Shown here piece after piece: positions 24,486 through 37,676 of a stretch of DNA of 64,000 nucleotides. Both the position numbers and the translations under genes were made by a program. The notes below the pieces were generated by a model, which saw only the letters and a list, made by a program, of their open reading frames with translations, made no database searches and was not told where the DNA came from. Origin of the DNA: Macrostomum lignano (taxonomy: Eukaryota); contig NIVC01003775.1 of assembly GCA_002269645.1 (NCBI GenBank), positions 13,429 through 77,428 of the forward strand. Reading direction: 5' to 3'. The number at the start of each line of letters is the position of its first letter. Within the stretch, counting starts at the first letter, position 1.

Positions 24486-25808
24486 TGTTTGCTTAGAGAG
24501 ATTGGATAGAGGCGCATCAATGTAGATTTAAGAATGTGTTAGCAATTATATAGTTGATGTCTTGATGTAAATTATTAGGGAAATAACTAATAGTTAAAGT
24601 ACTTTATGATAGAGGTTTACTAAGTTGTCTAGCACTTTTGATTAAAGACACCCTAGCACAATACTAATAACCATCATAATAGATATTATGCTGATTCAAT
24701 TCCAGAATTATAAACAAAAAATTCTAATATAATACTGCATGATACCCAGTTTAATTATTAGCAATATTGTTATATAGATAGTAATAAAATAGTTGTACCT
24801 ATTATATTGACTCCTAAGCATATATAAACACACATATTGTATTGTATATCAGATATGTATGTATTGATATGAAGACTCATAAGGTTTATAGTGGCCTTGA
24901 ATTTTTAATTGTTAAGCATATGGTTTATGTCTTAGAGAAAAGCTTTTTAAATATATTAAATAGTACAATAAAACCTTGCCTTAGCCTTAGTCAATTTTGA
25001 AGCTACTTTACCTTTAAATTGAAAAGATTTAAAATTCCTTTATAATTTAGTAAAAGGCATTCAAATAATGTTTCATGATTTATATACTATCCTATATTTT
25101 ATAGTTCTAATCAAGATATTCCTAAATTTTTCCATGGAATGCCTGAAAAATTCAAGTTTATACCAAAATTTGCATATATATATAATTTGTATGCCACAAT
25201 AAAATTACAAGACCAATGCCATTATAATATAGAGGGAACATTATATTTTTCTTTCTACAGGTGGCTGATATTGAGATTTTGTTCTAGATTAAAATTTAAG
25301 ACGATATGATAAGATTTGGGACAAGATGCTTCTAATATTTAGACTTCTTAAGATATGTTCTTAGCAGTCTTTATATGCTTCTATACAGCACTGCTGGATC
25401 CCTAGCTATTAGAAAATGGGTTCCAGTGCCAGAACTCTAGCCATTACCTTAAAAACAGTATTAGGAAATTGGTACTACAAATAAACTTATAACAATAAGG
25501 ACCAAAGGTTGTAATTTAAAAATTTAGCTAGGCCTAGACATAATTTATTAATTGCAAAATGCTGATAAAAAGAAATTTAAATTACAAACTAAATATTATC
25601 ATTTTAAAATAAAATTAAGGCTTTAGCAATGGCTAAAATATATACAAAAGGACATATTGATTTCCTTCCATTTTGTTAATCACTATTGTTTCGTGCATTT
25701 TAAAATGTAATTGGCATGCAAGATTAGAATTTGTCAAGTTTGTAAATTTTCATGAAACATTTGATAGGCCTACTAACATAACTATCCTCAATATTGATAT
25801 GCAAATGC

Positions 25809-25854
<46 letters not shown>
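25809..25854. repeat. (AAT)n microsatellite
   Basis: About 15 perfect units. Confidence 0.95.
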
Positions 25855-25855
<1 letters not shown>

Positions 25856-26697
25856 TACATCTAGGCTAATTTAAGTAGGCCTATTTAACTAAGTTTTATA
25901 CCCCTTGCCTCAGACTAGATCATACAGGTAGGCCTACGCCGCCTACCAAGTATCACACAATAGTAAAATGTAGAATTGGAATTATGGTTAATGGTTTCAA
26001 CTTTCAAAATAGGGACGATATGATATAGGCTAACAAAATTTATAAAGTTATAATTGCAAAAGATAAGAGTTGAATCGAATGTAACTTTTTAAAATCTAGT
26101 CAGAACGCTTGTTGGAGCCTGGCACGTGTCACAGTAAAAATAGAGAAATTTCACGCGAGCACGAGACGAAGACTGCTTTGATTTCAAATAGTTGCAAATT
26201 TTGTCTCCTAAGTAATAGAACAAATCAATGTTTGTATTAAAAAATATATAATTATTAAAAAGATTTTGACACCAATTTTCACATTTTCGTTATTTTAGTC
26301 ATTATTAAAATAGTCTATAGGATCTATTAACGGTTAATACTAATTACGACAAAAACATTGTTCGGACTCCTATAAATTGTCGTTTCAGTTGAGACAATTA
26401 TTTGTTATTTCTCAGGAAAACCATTTGAGTAAGCACAGACGCCAACACCAGGTGCTCTATGAAACACCAAGTGCCATTTAATTTAGGTACTCGATCCAAG
26501 CTACTGAAAGGGATATGGAGCCCGACGGCGATGAAAGTCGATAAGAAATTCATGGGTGTTTTTAAATTACGTCGCTGACATATGACGATGCGTTTTATAA
26601 AGTGGGTTAAACATCTTGAAAGGTTCCCATTTTCAAGTGACATTAAGAGGCGTCGGAAACGAACGGTCGGAGCTGACACACTTGAAAAGTCGTACAA

Positions 26698-27000
26698 CAG
26701 TAGGGGGGGGGGGGCGTCGCCAACGGGGGCGACAGCTAGGGGGGACATGCCAATGCTTTGTCCCCCCCGACCCACCTTGTGACCCGTTATGGAAATCAAT
26801 AATTTTGCTGCAGGGTGACAAAACATAGTACCTGCGGCGCTAAACTGAGTGCCTGCATGCGCGCGGCGCTAAAATGAGTGCTGACAACACCGATTCTGAA
26901 AATGTACATGTAAGAATTTCATTATGTACATGATGTACATGTATAATTATTGGTTTCGTCGCCTCCACCATAAAATCCATATATAATGGCGACGCCCCTG
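26698..27000. mobile_element. Non-autonomous hAT-type MITE (~303 bp)
   Basis: Termini CAG..GGGGCGTCGCC / GGCGACGCCCCTG; 8-bp flanks TCGTACAA / TCGTACAT (7 of 8); subterminal GGGGGGACATG...TGTCCCCCC. Confidence 0.75.
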
Positions 27001-29044
27001 TCGTACATAAGTTCCTATTATAACAATTTTGAACAGCCATGCAAGCTAGAAAGTACATGTAGCTGTTTAAACATCGCGCGCGAGCTCGCAAAAAATATTT
27101 TTCGTGTAAGTGTACAGGTACGTAACGTCTAATCCAGAAAGGTACGTAGTTATTAGCCGTTCAATAATCCTAGGTTTCTCAGACGAGCTAGCTGCTTAAT
27201 AAGATTTTGAGAAAAAGTTCATCGAGAAAGTTTACACTCTTGTTTTGAACGGCTTGTGTTTATGTCTGGAGCAGACGGGGATGGAGGCTTTCGAGTCTGA
27301 AATATCTCCGGGAAACGTGCTCTGCTTTCCAAGAGCTGCTTCTGCTAAATGTGCGCGTGATGTGACTTCAAAGGTAATCTGCAGCTGCTGATAATATAGC
27401 GAATCAAGTTCCTCTCACTTACAAGGTTGCGAGCAAAAACTGTTTTGTGTATCTCGTGCTGCAACTGGCGTGAGCGTGGAGCGTGTGGGCGTGATGGTTC
27501 AACACGAAGACTTGATGGAAGACCGTCGCGTATCGGACGACGTTGAGGCTGCAACTGTCGATAATTGGAGACGTAAATGCATGTAACTTTCTGCGTCCGC
27601 CGTGTTAATAAGAGAGGGAATTGAGTGAGGAATGAGAAGAGGGGAGAGAGTAGGGAGAGTAGAGAGCAGAGAGAAATGAGAATAGATAAAAGAGGATAAC
27701 GGAGAGATAAGAGAGCAGACGAGAGAGAAGAGAGGAGAGAGAAAAGAATAGATAGGGGAAGGAAGAGAGGAGAGAGGAGAGGAGAGAGAGAAGAGAGGAG
27801 AGACGAGGGAGGAGAGAGAAGAGAGGAAACAGAAGAGAAGATAGAAGTTTCACAGGATCCAAGGGATGTAGGGAGAGTCAGAGGCAGAGGCCAGAGTTTG
27901 CCAATACTAGCTTTTTTCAGAGTCAGACAGATATTTCCTGACATTCTTCGCAGAAACCCCAGCCTATAAGATCAATGTTTGCCTCAAATTCTAATTTACC
28001 ACGAATGCACTCCATTTTATGTTTACCTTTACCCTAACTATTAACAAGTTTTTGTTTGAGTATGACCTTAGATTTTAGAATTCATAGTTCCAGCCGGGGA
28101 TTGGAATTCCCCGGCTTCAAAATCCGCGAGCTTGAAACAGCTTTGTAAATATAAAATATACTGATCTGAGCCCAGCGCCCCACTCACTTTTCTTTCTTTC
28201 TGTTATTCAATGCAACTCTTATTTAGATTGGCTTATGTAGTATTTTCTTTAGAATAACAAACCCGAATTACCTGTGCATGTATCATAACTCCGAAACCGA
28301 AATAGTGCTGGACATTGCTAGAACTTTCGGAGTTATGATATTTCGGGGTTTATGATATGGCAACCGGCCCATCCTGCAGTAGAAATGCATCTTATAGTCC
28401 TCACCTGAGCATCCCGCGGGCCATCTCGTCCATCTCACCCCTACATGTAACCATCCCTGATCCCCCATCCCCTCCTGATAGAAAACTCTGCTAGTAGATC
28501 CCAATTCAAATGAGAGCAAGAAAAACCTCATTAATGTCATGCTAATTGATGTAGATCGAAATTTGCATTTTTTCAGGAAATTTCTTGCTTGGGTTGCTGA
28601 TTGCTACAAAAAATTCTCATGAGAGTTTTCCCTTAAGGCCATTAGTTGGATGAAAACAGCTTGATTAATATTTAAGCCCTCAACTAGAAGACAGGCTTCA
28701 CGGCATATAAAAGTACACTCTTGAGATAAAGAACTTTTGGACAAAATAGCGAGACTTAATTGCCCCATAGCTCCGCCTAATTACTGTCATCTCATCGTTT
28801 ATTTCAAAGCCCGCCCACCTGTCTGCAAACAGCAGCTTGACTTCAAACGTATTTGAGCTTTATTCCGATTTGCTGAGCTAATGAGCTTTCATGTACTATA
28901 AGCGCCTACGCATTTACGACGGCCCTGCATTCTATCCCAGTGCAAAAGGTAAGTATAGCCCTGTTATACCCAGAGCCCACGCTTAGGAGCTTATTAGTGC
29001 TTCGTAAAATACAATCCTCAAATTTACAATATTGTTTCTCACAC

Positions 29045-29280
29045 GCAACTCACTTCTCACACCCACCTCACTTCTCTCACACCCACCTCACTCCTCTCAC
29101 ACCCACCTCACTCCTCTCACACCACCTCACTCCTCACACCCACCTCACTCCTCTCACCCACCTCACTCCTCTCACACCACCTCACTCCTCTTACACCACC
29201 TCACTACTCACACCAACCTCACTCTTCTCACCCACCTCACCCTTCTCTCTAGCTCCTATCACCCACCTCACTCCTTACAC
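29045..29280. repeat. Degenerate CT/CA-rich minisatellite
   Basis: CTCACACC(C)ACCTCACTCCT units. Confidence 0.8.
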
Positions 29281-29994
29281 CCGCTTCACGCATAGAAGCG
29301 AGAAATTAGCACACACAAAGTGTTTAAAAAGCTGTGTCAAAAATTTTCGGTCAGTTCAAGCGAGTCAAGCGCATAATGCAATAAAATTCAGATGCGTGCA
29401 ATGCCATTAGTAGGGCTGCATCCATGAGGAAAAATCTATATTATTCACATATGCCGTGTCCAACAGCTAACTTCAGGCAAAAATCTAATTTCTTGACTAG
29501 AAAGCTAAATATAGGACGGGCCACTCTGGTCCTCAAATGCGTTACTACTCTAAGCGTGTTTGTTGTCAGCTACTCAATTTCCTCACCTAGCTTTGAGTGC
29601 GTGGGTGGCAACAAAGTGTCAATTAATATGAGTAGTCTGTCTACTTGAGTAGAGAACTCCATGGGATCCGTTGAGTCCGTCAAGGATTTTTAAAAGCAAG
29701 AATTCCGATTGCCAAAAAATACATTATTAAAACAGGATGAAGTCTTTCGTTTTTCTATTTTATGAGTTTAGTATTGTTGCCGACGGCATTTCGCCAGGTT
29801 GCCCGCAGCCACATTTTTAACGCATCTAATTTAAAATAATCAGTTTTGTACCAAAACATAATATACTTGTGGTTTTCTGTTTCCAATAATTTTGTTTCAA
29901 AATCAATACATTATGTACGTCAGTAATCAAACAAAATAGATCAATTATTATTAACAAGTTTAGAATATTTTTTAGGTTTTCTGTGATCTTCTTT

Positions 29995-31032
29995 ACATGA
30001 TTACCTGCAGTTTCCCGTGATCTTCCTGACATGATTACCTGCAGTTTCCCGTGATCTTCCTGACATGATTAACCTGCAGTTTCCCGTGATCTTCCTGACA
30101 TGATTACCTGCAGTTTCCCGTGATCTTCCTGACATGATCACCTGCAGTTTCCCGTGTGATCTTCCTGACATGATTACTTGGTTTCCCGTGATCTTCCTGA
30201 CATGATTAACCTGCAGTTTCCCGTGTGATCCTTTTGACATGATTACCCGCAGTTTCCCGTGATCTTCCTGACATGATTAACCTGCAGTTTCCCGTGTGAT
30301 CCTTCTGACATGATTACCTGCAGTTTCCCGTGATCTTCCTGACATGATTAACCTGCAGTTTCCCGTGTGATCCTTCTGACATTATTACCTGCAGTTTCCC
30401 GTGTGATCTTCCTGACATGATTACCTGCAGTTTCCCGTGATCTTCCTGACATGATTACCTGCTGTTTCCCGTGTGATCTTCCTGACATGATTACCTGCAG
30501 TTTCCCGTGTGATCTTCCTGACATGATTACCTGCAGTTTCCCGTGTGATCCTTCTGACATGATTAACCTGCAGTTTCCCGTGTGATCCTTCTGACATGAT
30601 TACCTGCAGTTTCCCGTGATCTTCCTGACATGATTACCTGCAGTTTCCCGTGTGATCTTCCTGACATGATTACCTGCAGTTTCCCGTGTGATCTTCCTAA
30701 AATGATTAACCTGCAGTTTCCCGTGTGATCTTCCTGACATGATTACCTGCAGTTTCCCGTGTGATCTTCCTGACATTATTACCTGCAGTTTCCCGTGTGA
30801 TCTTCCTGACATGATTACCTGCAGTTTCCCGTGTGATCTTCCTGACATGATTACCTGCAGTTTCCCGTGTGATCTTCCTGACATGATTACCTGCAGTTTC
30901 CCGTGTGATCTTCCTGACATTATTACCTGCAGTTTCCCGTGTGATCTTCCTGACATGATTACCTGCAGTTTCCCGTGTGATCTTCCTGACATGATTACCT
31001 GCAGTTTCCCGTGTGATCTTCCTGACATGATT
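29995..31032. repeat. 34-36-bp minisatellite
   Basis: GTGATCTTCCTGACATGATTACCTGCAGTTTCCC(GT), about 29 copies. Confidence 0.95.
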
Positions 31033-32514
31033 ACTTTATTTACAAACAGATGCAAACAGATGAAGATAGAATAAATTATGTCGCTGAAAAATTTCAAGCA
31101 CGAATTGCAAGCACAGCTGTGATCAATACAATTTGTAAGACAGAGGCTTTAGGCAATCATTTATTTATTTCGCAGGAATATATTTTCCACACTATAGCGA
31201 TAGCGACGCGTGCGACGCGTGCCAAAAGCCGTCTTGCCGGATTCTGCAAGCCCCAGTCTCTGAGGGAATTAAAAATTTTCGCTCATCATAATTCAGTGTG
31301 CATCCAGCCTGCTGTACATACTCAACAGACAAGCCTGCTGCTGAGATATGCTATCAAGCCCAGCCCTCTGGGGAGCAGGTTTCTGGGGTGGCTGTCTGAG
31401 TTGGTACTAAATAATACTGGTACGCCTGACTCTCTCCCTTCTCCCTTCCTCCCCCTCGCCCCCTCTCCACTCGGCTCAAACCCTGCCAGCGCGGGGTCGC
31501 TCTGTCAGATGGATCGATAAGGGGGGAGGGGGTTAGTGGACGAGCGAGCAGGAGAAGTGGAGAGGTCGGGTCTCAATGCAGGAATTGCCGGGCAAAAAAA
31601 TTCAAGACCCCGCGAGTCTGGTGCTGCGAAGCCAAGGACTGTTTGAAACTTAGCAGTCTGGACTGGAAATCCTTCAACTTTCTATTATCTTGATGTCAAT
31701 ACTAATAAATATTACCGTTGTATATAGAGAAAGATTAATTTTAATTCATATGGAAGATAAGCTTTTGCAACGCTTGTATTAACAAAAATATAATATTAAT
31801 GAGAGTTTAAAAAGTAAGACATTCCTTCAGAGGCACGCATGGGATCAAGAGGTTTCTCAGCTGTTTCTCTTCCCTTGGATTCATTATTTCAGAATGCTCC
31901 GCGGTCGCTAGGTGGCAAAGGTCTGGCTTTAGGAAGAGGAACTGGGCTTGGTTAGAAAGACGCGTGGGTGGAGACTTGAAGACGCGACGTCTCAGTCCAA
32001 GCTTTCTCTCTAGTCAGCTGCTACCCCTGAGGCGAATAAGTGAATGGGGAACTGCAGTGTGGGAAGGCGGGCGCGCAGACAGGCAGGTCGTGAGCTCCTT
32101 GCTGAGAGAGATTCTATGAAACAGAGAAATAGACGAATGAGAGACGGCCGGCTAAATATAGATAGAGTGGGCGAGTACAGTTTGAGCAGAGCCGGTCTGA
32201 GGCAGGTCTGAGGGGAGGTAAACAGCCGACAGAGAGGAGGGAGCAGGACAGGAAGGGGAGAGCGAATGCGGTTCACGGAACAGGCGTGGGTAGGGCAGAG
32301 GGATCGGGCAGGAGGGAGGGCTACTCTTCGCTTTTTATTAAAAAAACGGGCGTCCGGGACAGTTCTGAAGCAACAGCTCACGCTTCTCAGGGCTTCTCCG
32401 GGCTAGATAACTATTATTTAGGCGCGCCACTTCACCGGGAGATCAGATTTCGACGGAATCTAAGCCAAGGCCTATAGAGAGCTAGAAAAGAGTTCACCAA
32501 GTCAATCCAAGACT

Positions 32515-32875
32515 ATGGAAGGCCTGGCTGAAGTCAACGGTCACAATGAAGCGACGGAGCTGATGGAGCAGGAGGCTGCAATGGCTGCGGTGGCGGACGC
32601 GGCGGAGACGGAGGACTTAGGCGAGCTGGAGGAGGCCGTGGAGGCGGTTGAGTCCATGTCAAGCAACAGCCGGTACAGCGTGCTGTGCTTCGAGCAGGTG
32701 CAACTGCTTCACGAGTTCATGCAGCGCGAGATCTGCATTCAGGGCCGGGGGCCGTACCCCACTCTGAGGCTGACCCTGCGCGACCTGGTGTCCAGAGTTC
32801 GAGCCCGGATCGAAGCGGACGGTGTGGCTGTGCGAGATGTCCGGTTGAATGGCAGCAGTGCCAGCTTCATCATCG
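32515..32875 (+). CDS. TENT5: TENT5/FAM46 non-canonical poly(A) polymerase, exon 1
   Basis: RYSVLCFEQVQLL...I.IQGRGPYPTL...VRDVRLNGSSAS matches the FAM46 N-terminal NTase region; donor ATC G|gtgagt, phase 1. Confidence 0.93.
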
Positions 32876-33834
32876 GTGAGTCTGCATGGGAAGCTGCTCG
32901 TACTGCAAACTCGTGACAAACTCTCTTTGAAAAGTCACTCTATTTGATTATTTATTTACGGCTAAGTGATTAAAATAAATCACTATGCAGGATTCGGAAC
33001 GACTGCCTGTCAATCTGTACAATTGAGATTAGAAAACGATAACAGCATTAATTAATTTAGACCTATTTATAGCCCTATTTATGAGCTGGTTAATTAGTTA
33101 ATTGATCAGATGAGTTGCCGCAGCGAGTGGGCATCTAAATTTAGACACTAATTTATAAAAGATCTGGTAAAAGGTCTTCGGGTTGAGCAAGGAGTGAGAG
33201 AAAATGTCACGGAGTAGTGAGTAGTAGTGCGCATCTTAGTTCAACGCTGCTTCATGCGGCTCTCACAGGATGCAACCCCCTTCTCCATCATTGTTCCAGG
33301 CCTGTCCTATCTGTGCTGCCATCTCCCATTCCTCACTGCTTCCCCCTGATTGTGTTGTTAGCAACCAATGCAATGCTGTCAGTTACCTTGGCTTAAAGTG
33401 TAATTATATAAGCTCTATAGGCTTGCAGTACAGTGCAGAACACGCGAGCTCAAGGAGACAGATTCTGTTTCTTACAAAGAAATTCAATTATTAATGAGGC
33501 TGAAACCAGGCAGTGACGCAAGCAAGCAGACGGTTAGTTTCGTATCTGGGGATCAATTGGCCGCGTGGAAAATGATTATTGTAATTTTGTGGTTGCATAC
33601 CGAAAAAACTGTACAAATTTTAAGCTGGTTTTTGGTAAAGAATTTAATATTATATTTTTTAGCCTCAAATTGCAATTTCGTTTGACATTTTAAGCTTACT
33701 GCGCGAATGTCACACTCGAAGCACTTGTTTTTCGAGTCAGTGTGAGAGAAAAAATGTTTTAAAATGTAAAATTCTTTTAAAGCAGATTCAGATCGAGTTG
33801 AGCAGTTGGGTAAACCAAGCATTGGAGGGGGTGG

Positions 33835-35226
33835 CAGAGGAGGGTATGGGAAAGGAGGGTGTGGGAAAGGAGGGTGTGGGAAAGGAGGGTGTGGGAAAGG
33901 AGGGTGTGGGAAAGGAGGGTGTGGGAAAGGAGGGTGTGGGAAAGGAGGGTGTGGGAAAGGAGGGTGTGGGAGAGGAGGGTGTGGTAGAGAAGGGTGAGGG
34001 AGAGGAGGGTGTGGTAGAGGAGGGAGTGGTAGAGAAGGGTGTGGGAGAGAAGGGTGTGGTAGAGGAGGGTGTGGTAGAGAAGGGTGTGGGAGAGAAGGGT
34101 GTGGGAGAGAAGGGTGTGGTAGAGGAGGGTGTGGGAGAGAAGGGTGTGGTAGAGGAGGGTGTGGTAGAGAAGGGTGTGGGAGAGAAGGGTGTGGGAGAGA
34201 AGGGTGTGGGAGAGAAGGGTGTGGTAGAGAAGAGTGAGGGAGAGGAGAGTGCGGGAGAGGAGAGTGTGGTAGAGAAGGGTGAGGGAGAGAAGGGTGAGGG
34301 AGAGGAGAGTGCGGGAGAGGAGGGTGTGGTAGAGAAGGGTGAGGGAGAGAAGGGTGAGGGAGAGAAGGGTGTGGTAGAGAAGGGTGTGGGAGAGAAGGGT
34401 GTGGGAGAGAAGGGTGTGGGAGAGAAGGGTGTGGGAGAGAAGGGTGTGGTAGAGAAGGGTGTGGGAGAGAAGGGTGTGGTAGAGGAGGGTGTGGTAGAGA
34501 AGGGTGTGGGAGAGAAGGGTGTGGGAGAGAAGGGTGTGGGAGAGAAGGGTGTGGTAGAGAAGAGTGAGGGAGAGGAGAGTGCGGGAGAGGAGAGTGTGGT
34601 AGAGAAGGGTGAGGGAGAGAAGGGTGAGGGAGAGGAGAGTGCGGGAGAGGAGGGTGTGGTAGAGAAGGGTGAGGGAGAGAAGGGTGAGGGAGAGAAGGGT
34701 GAGGGAGAGGAGGGTGTGGTAGAGAAGGGTGAGGGAGAGAAGGGTGAGGGAGAGGAGGGTGTGGTAGAGAAGGGTGAGGGAGAGAAGGGTGAGGGAGAGG
34801 AGGGTGTGGTAGAGAAGGGTGAGGGAGAGAAGGGTGTGGGAGAGGAGAGTGCGGGAGAGGAGGGTGTGGTAGAGAAGGGTGAGGGAGAGAAGGGTGTGGG
34901 AGAGGAGGGTGCGGGAGAGGAGGGTGCGGGAGAGAAGGGTGTGGGAGAGAAGGGTGTGGGAGAGAAGGGTGTGGGAGAGAAGGGTGTGGGAGAGGAGGGT
35001 GTGGTAGAGGAGGGTGTGATAGAGAAGGGTGTGAGAGAGGAGGGTGTGGGAGAGAAGGGTGTGGGAGAGAAGGGTGTGGGAGAGAAGGGTGTGGGAGAGA
35101 AGGGTGTGGGAGAGAAGGGTGTGGGAGAGGATGGTGTGGTAGAGGAGGGTGTGATAGAGAAGGGTGTGGGAGAGGAGGGTGTGGGAGAGAAGGGTGTGGG
35201 AGAGGAGGGTGTGGTAGAGGAGGGTG
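33835..35226. repeat. 15-bp purine/G-rich minisatellite in the TENT5 intron
   Basis: GAGA(A/G)GGGTG(T/A)GG(G/T)A units, about 93 copies. Confidence 0.95.
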
Positions 35227-36270
35227 TACGCACGGTACTCAGAGCAGGATCTTGTGACACGGCAAAGCACTCAGGCAAAGCCCTTACTCCTCTTTCGCAT
35301 TTCCTACTCAGGTTTCGAGACTAAAAGCACCCCCACTATGCACTGATCCAATTCAGGGATTAATCAATACTCATGGTTTGCAAGCGCAACCCTGGTCTGT
35401 ACAGTTGGTAACTGAGAGCGTCCATTCATGCATTCGCCTGCTTCTACTATAGGAGCAGGATTTAGCAATGGCTATATTTAGATATGGGGCTGGGGTGGGT
35501 TGAAGTCAATTTTTGGGCTCACAGTTTAGTCTCAGCCAAAAAGTGCACTCACTTCATACTTCTAACTGGGCGAGGTGCTGGCTAAATGCGCCCCCCCCAA
35601 CTAGAAGCCTTTTTGGTAATAAATAGCCGGCAGTTCATATCCGCATGGATAAAAAATACAACTCGAGATAAAACTATAAAATAAATTTTCAGATTTGAGA
35701 TTATGCTATAGTTCAACACAAAACTGCAGACCGGCCCCAGTCTGCATTTTCTTTCCTGTTTCTAATAAAATTGTTGCAAAATTAATTGAGAATATTGAAA
35801 ATCTGGCAAAAATTTGTTAGATCTATATGCTACCTAAACTTTGAGCCCATTTGAGTTTAAGTGTGTCTGTTGCTGAAATTGCTTTGAGCGAATTTCTCTT
35901 TATAGATCTTTCCTTATCTTTACAGTGTCTACCTCCCACTCTAATCTCTCCCTCTTCTCTCCATCTAATCTGTCTCCCTACCATCTACTCTTCCTCCACA
36001 TCACTCTACTTTTTCTCCTTACTCCTCTACTCTCCCTCTCCACCTCTCTACCCTCCCTCTTCACCCCTCTACTCTCCCTCTCCGTACCCTCTACTCTCCC
36101 TCCACACCCTTCTACTCTTTCTCCTCACTCCTCCACTCTCCCTCTCTACTTCTCTACCCTCTCTCCCCACTCCTCTATTCTCCGTCTCCCCACCCCTCTA
36201 CTCTCATAGCAATAGTGATGCTTAATTGAGCACAGCTCACAGTACTGTCTGCACCTTTCCTCCTGCGCAG

Positions 36271-37676
36271 GCATGAACTCGGCCCAGTCCTACAACGACT
36301 TGGACCTTCTGTTCGGCGTTGACCTCAGCGCTCCGGACACCGTGGACAGAATCAAACTGTCCGTGCTGGACTGTCTTCATTCGTTTCTCCCCAGCGGCTC
36401 CGAGGAAATCCTGAAGCGCCGGCACTGCTCCGGCCCAGCCTGGGGCCGCTCAGACTCCAACATGATGGAGGGCTACGTGAGGAAGCTGGTGCGCATTCAG
36501 AGCACAGACAGCTGGTCGCTGATCAGCCTGGGCTACGCCAACTCCAGCCAGCCCGAGGGCCTCACCGTCGAGTTGAAATTCGTCGACAAGATGCGTCGCA
36601 AGTTCGAGTTCACGGTGGACAGCTTCCAGATCATCCTGGACTCGCTGTGCACCTTCTACAGCGTGAAGTCCGAGGAGCCACCAGCAATCAGCGAGCACTT
36701 CTACCCCACCGTCATTGCCGAATCCGTGAGCGGCAGCTTCGTGGAAGCCTACGGCCACCTCATGAAGAAGGAGATCAGCACGAGAAATCCGGAGGAGATT
36801 CGCGGTGGCGGCCTGCTGAAGTACTGCAAACTGCTGGTGGACGGCTTCCTGCCCGCCCAGGGTGTCGACGTTGTCAATCTGGAGAAGTACATGTGCTCCA
36901 GATTCTTCATCGACTTTCCGGACTTGAAGAAACAGCGCGCCAAGATGGAGTCGTACCTGGCGGCGCACTTTCCATCTGACAGGGACCTGGAGCAGCGGGT
37001 GCACTACCTGCAGATCCTCCACCAGGTTGTGAAGAGCTCAACAGTCTGTCTTATGCAGCAGGAGCGCCGATCCACCCTGTACCTCATCTCCGACATGATC
37101 GGCGAGATTTACATCGACATCGAGGCCAGAAATCACGTGATCGCTTTGGAACCGTTCAACTCCACAGACTGGGTGCTCGACCAGGTGTTCTACGGTACGC
37201 AGTACTTTCCAACCCACCTGACTCCGGTTGGATCGCCGCACGCTGCAGCCGCCGCGGCAGCCGCAGCCGCAGCCGAAGTTGGTGCAGCCGACTACTACGG
37301 CACGCCCGTGTACAGCGACGGCACCGGCCGGTTCTACAGCTGCATCTTGTCAACCAGCCAAGGACATTGTTCCGCCCTCCCGGCCGGTCATTTTCTGTCA
37401 ACCGGAGGCGATCCGAGGCTTCAGCAGCAGCAACAACAACAGGCGATGATGCCGCAGTCGTCATACTTTGCAATGCCGGCGCTGAGCCTGTCAGAGTCGG
37501 TCAGCAGCGGCTGCAGCAGCGGCGGCGGCTCCGAAAGTCAGCAGTCCTCAAATGCCTCCTCCGCGGTGGAGTTCCTCATGGAATTTCCGCAGCCGCAGAA
37601 GCAGGTGCAGATTCAGACACAGCAACAGCAACTGCCAGCCATCACAGTCACTAGCGACAGCGGTAGCAGTGACTGA
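36271..37676 (+). CDS. TENT5: TENT5/FAM46 non-canonical poly(A) polymerase, exon 2
   Basis: Acceptor tcctgcgcag|GC; YNDLDLLF, WSLISL, VELKFVD..RRKFEFTVDSFQIILDSL, TRNPEEIRGGGLLKYC, YMCSRFFIDF, STVCLM..ERR.TL. Spliced product 588 aa. Confidence 0.96.

Noticed and set aside
27279-31520. Scattered plus-strand exon-like segments (27279-27371, 27426-27582, donor at 28949, ORF 31050-31520)
   Set aside because: Phases do not join into one ORF and no homology is recognisable. They could be TENT5 5' UTR exons or a lncRNA, but this is unsupported.
33777-35324. ~500-aa ORFs in several frames, one collagen-like (GEKGV)n
   Set aside because: A 15-bp stop-free unit gives open frames automatically, and the array lies inside the TENT5 intron defined by phase-matched exons.
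10400-37676. Functional link between TENT5 (acts on secreted-protein mRNAs) and the neighbouring secreted phosphatase
   Set aside because: The genes are 20 kb apart on opposite strands with another gene between. Proximity alone is not evidence in a metazoan genome.
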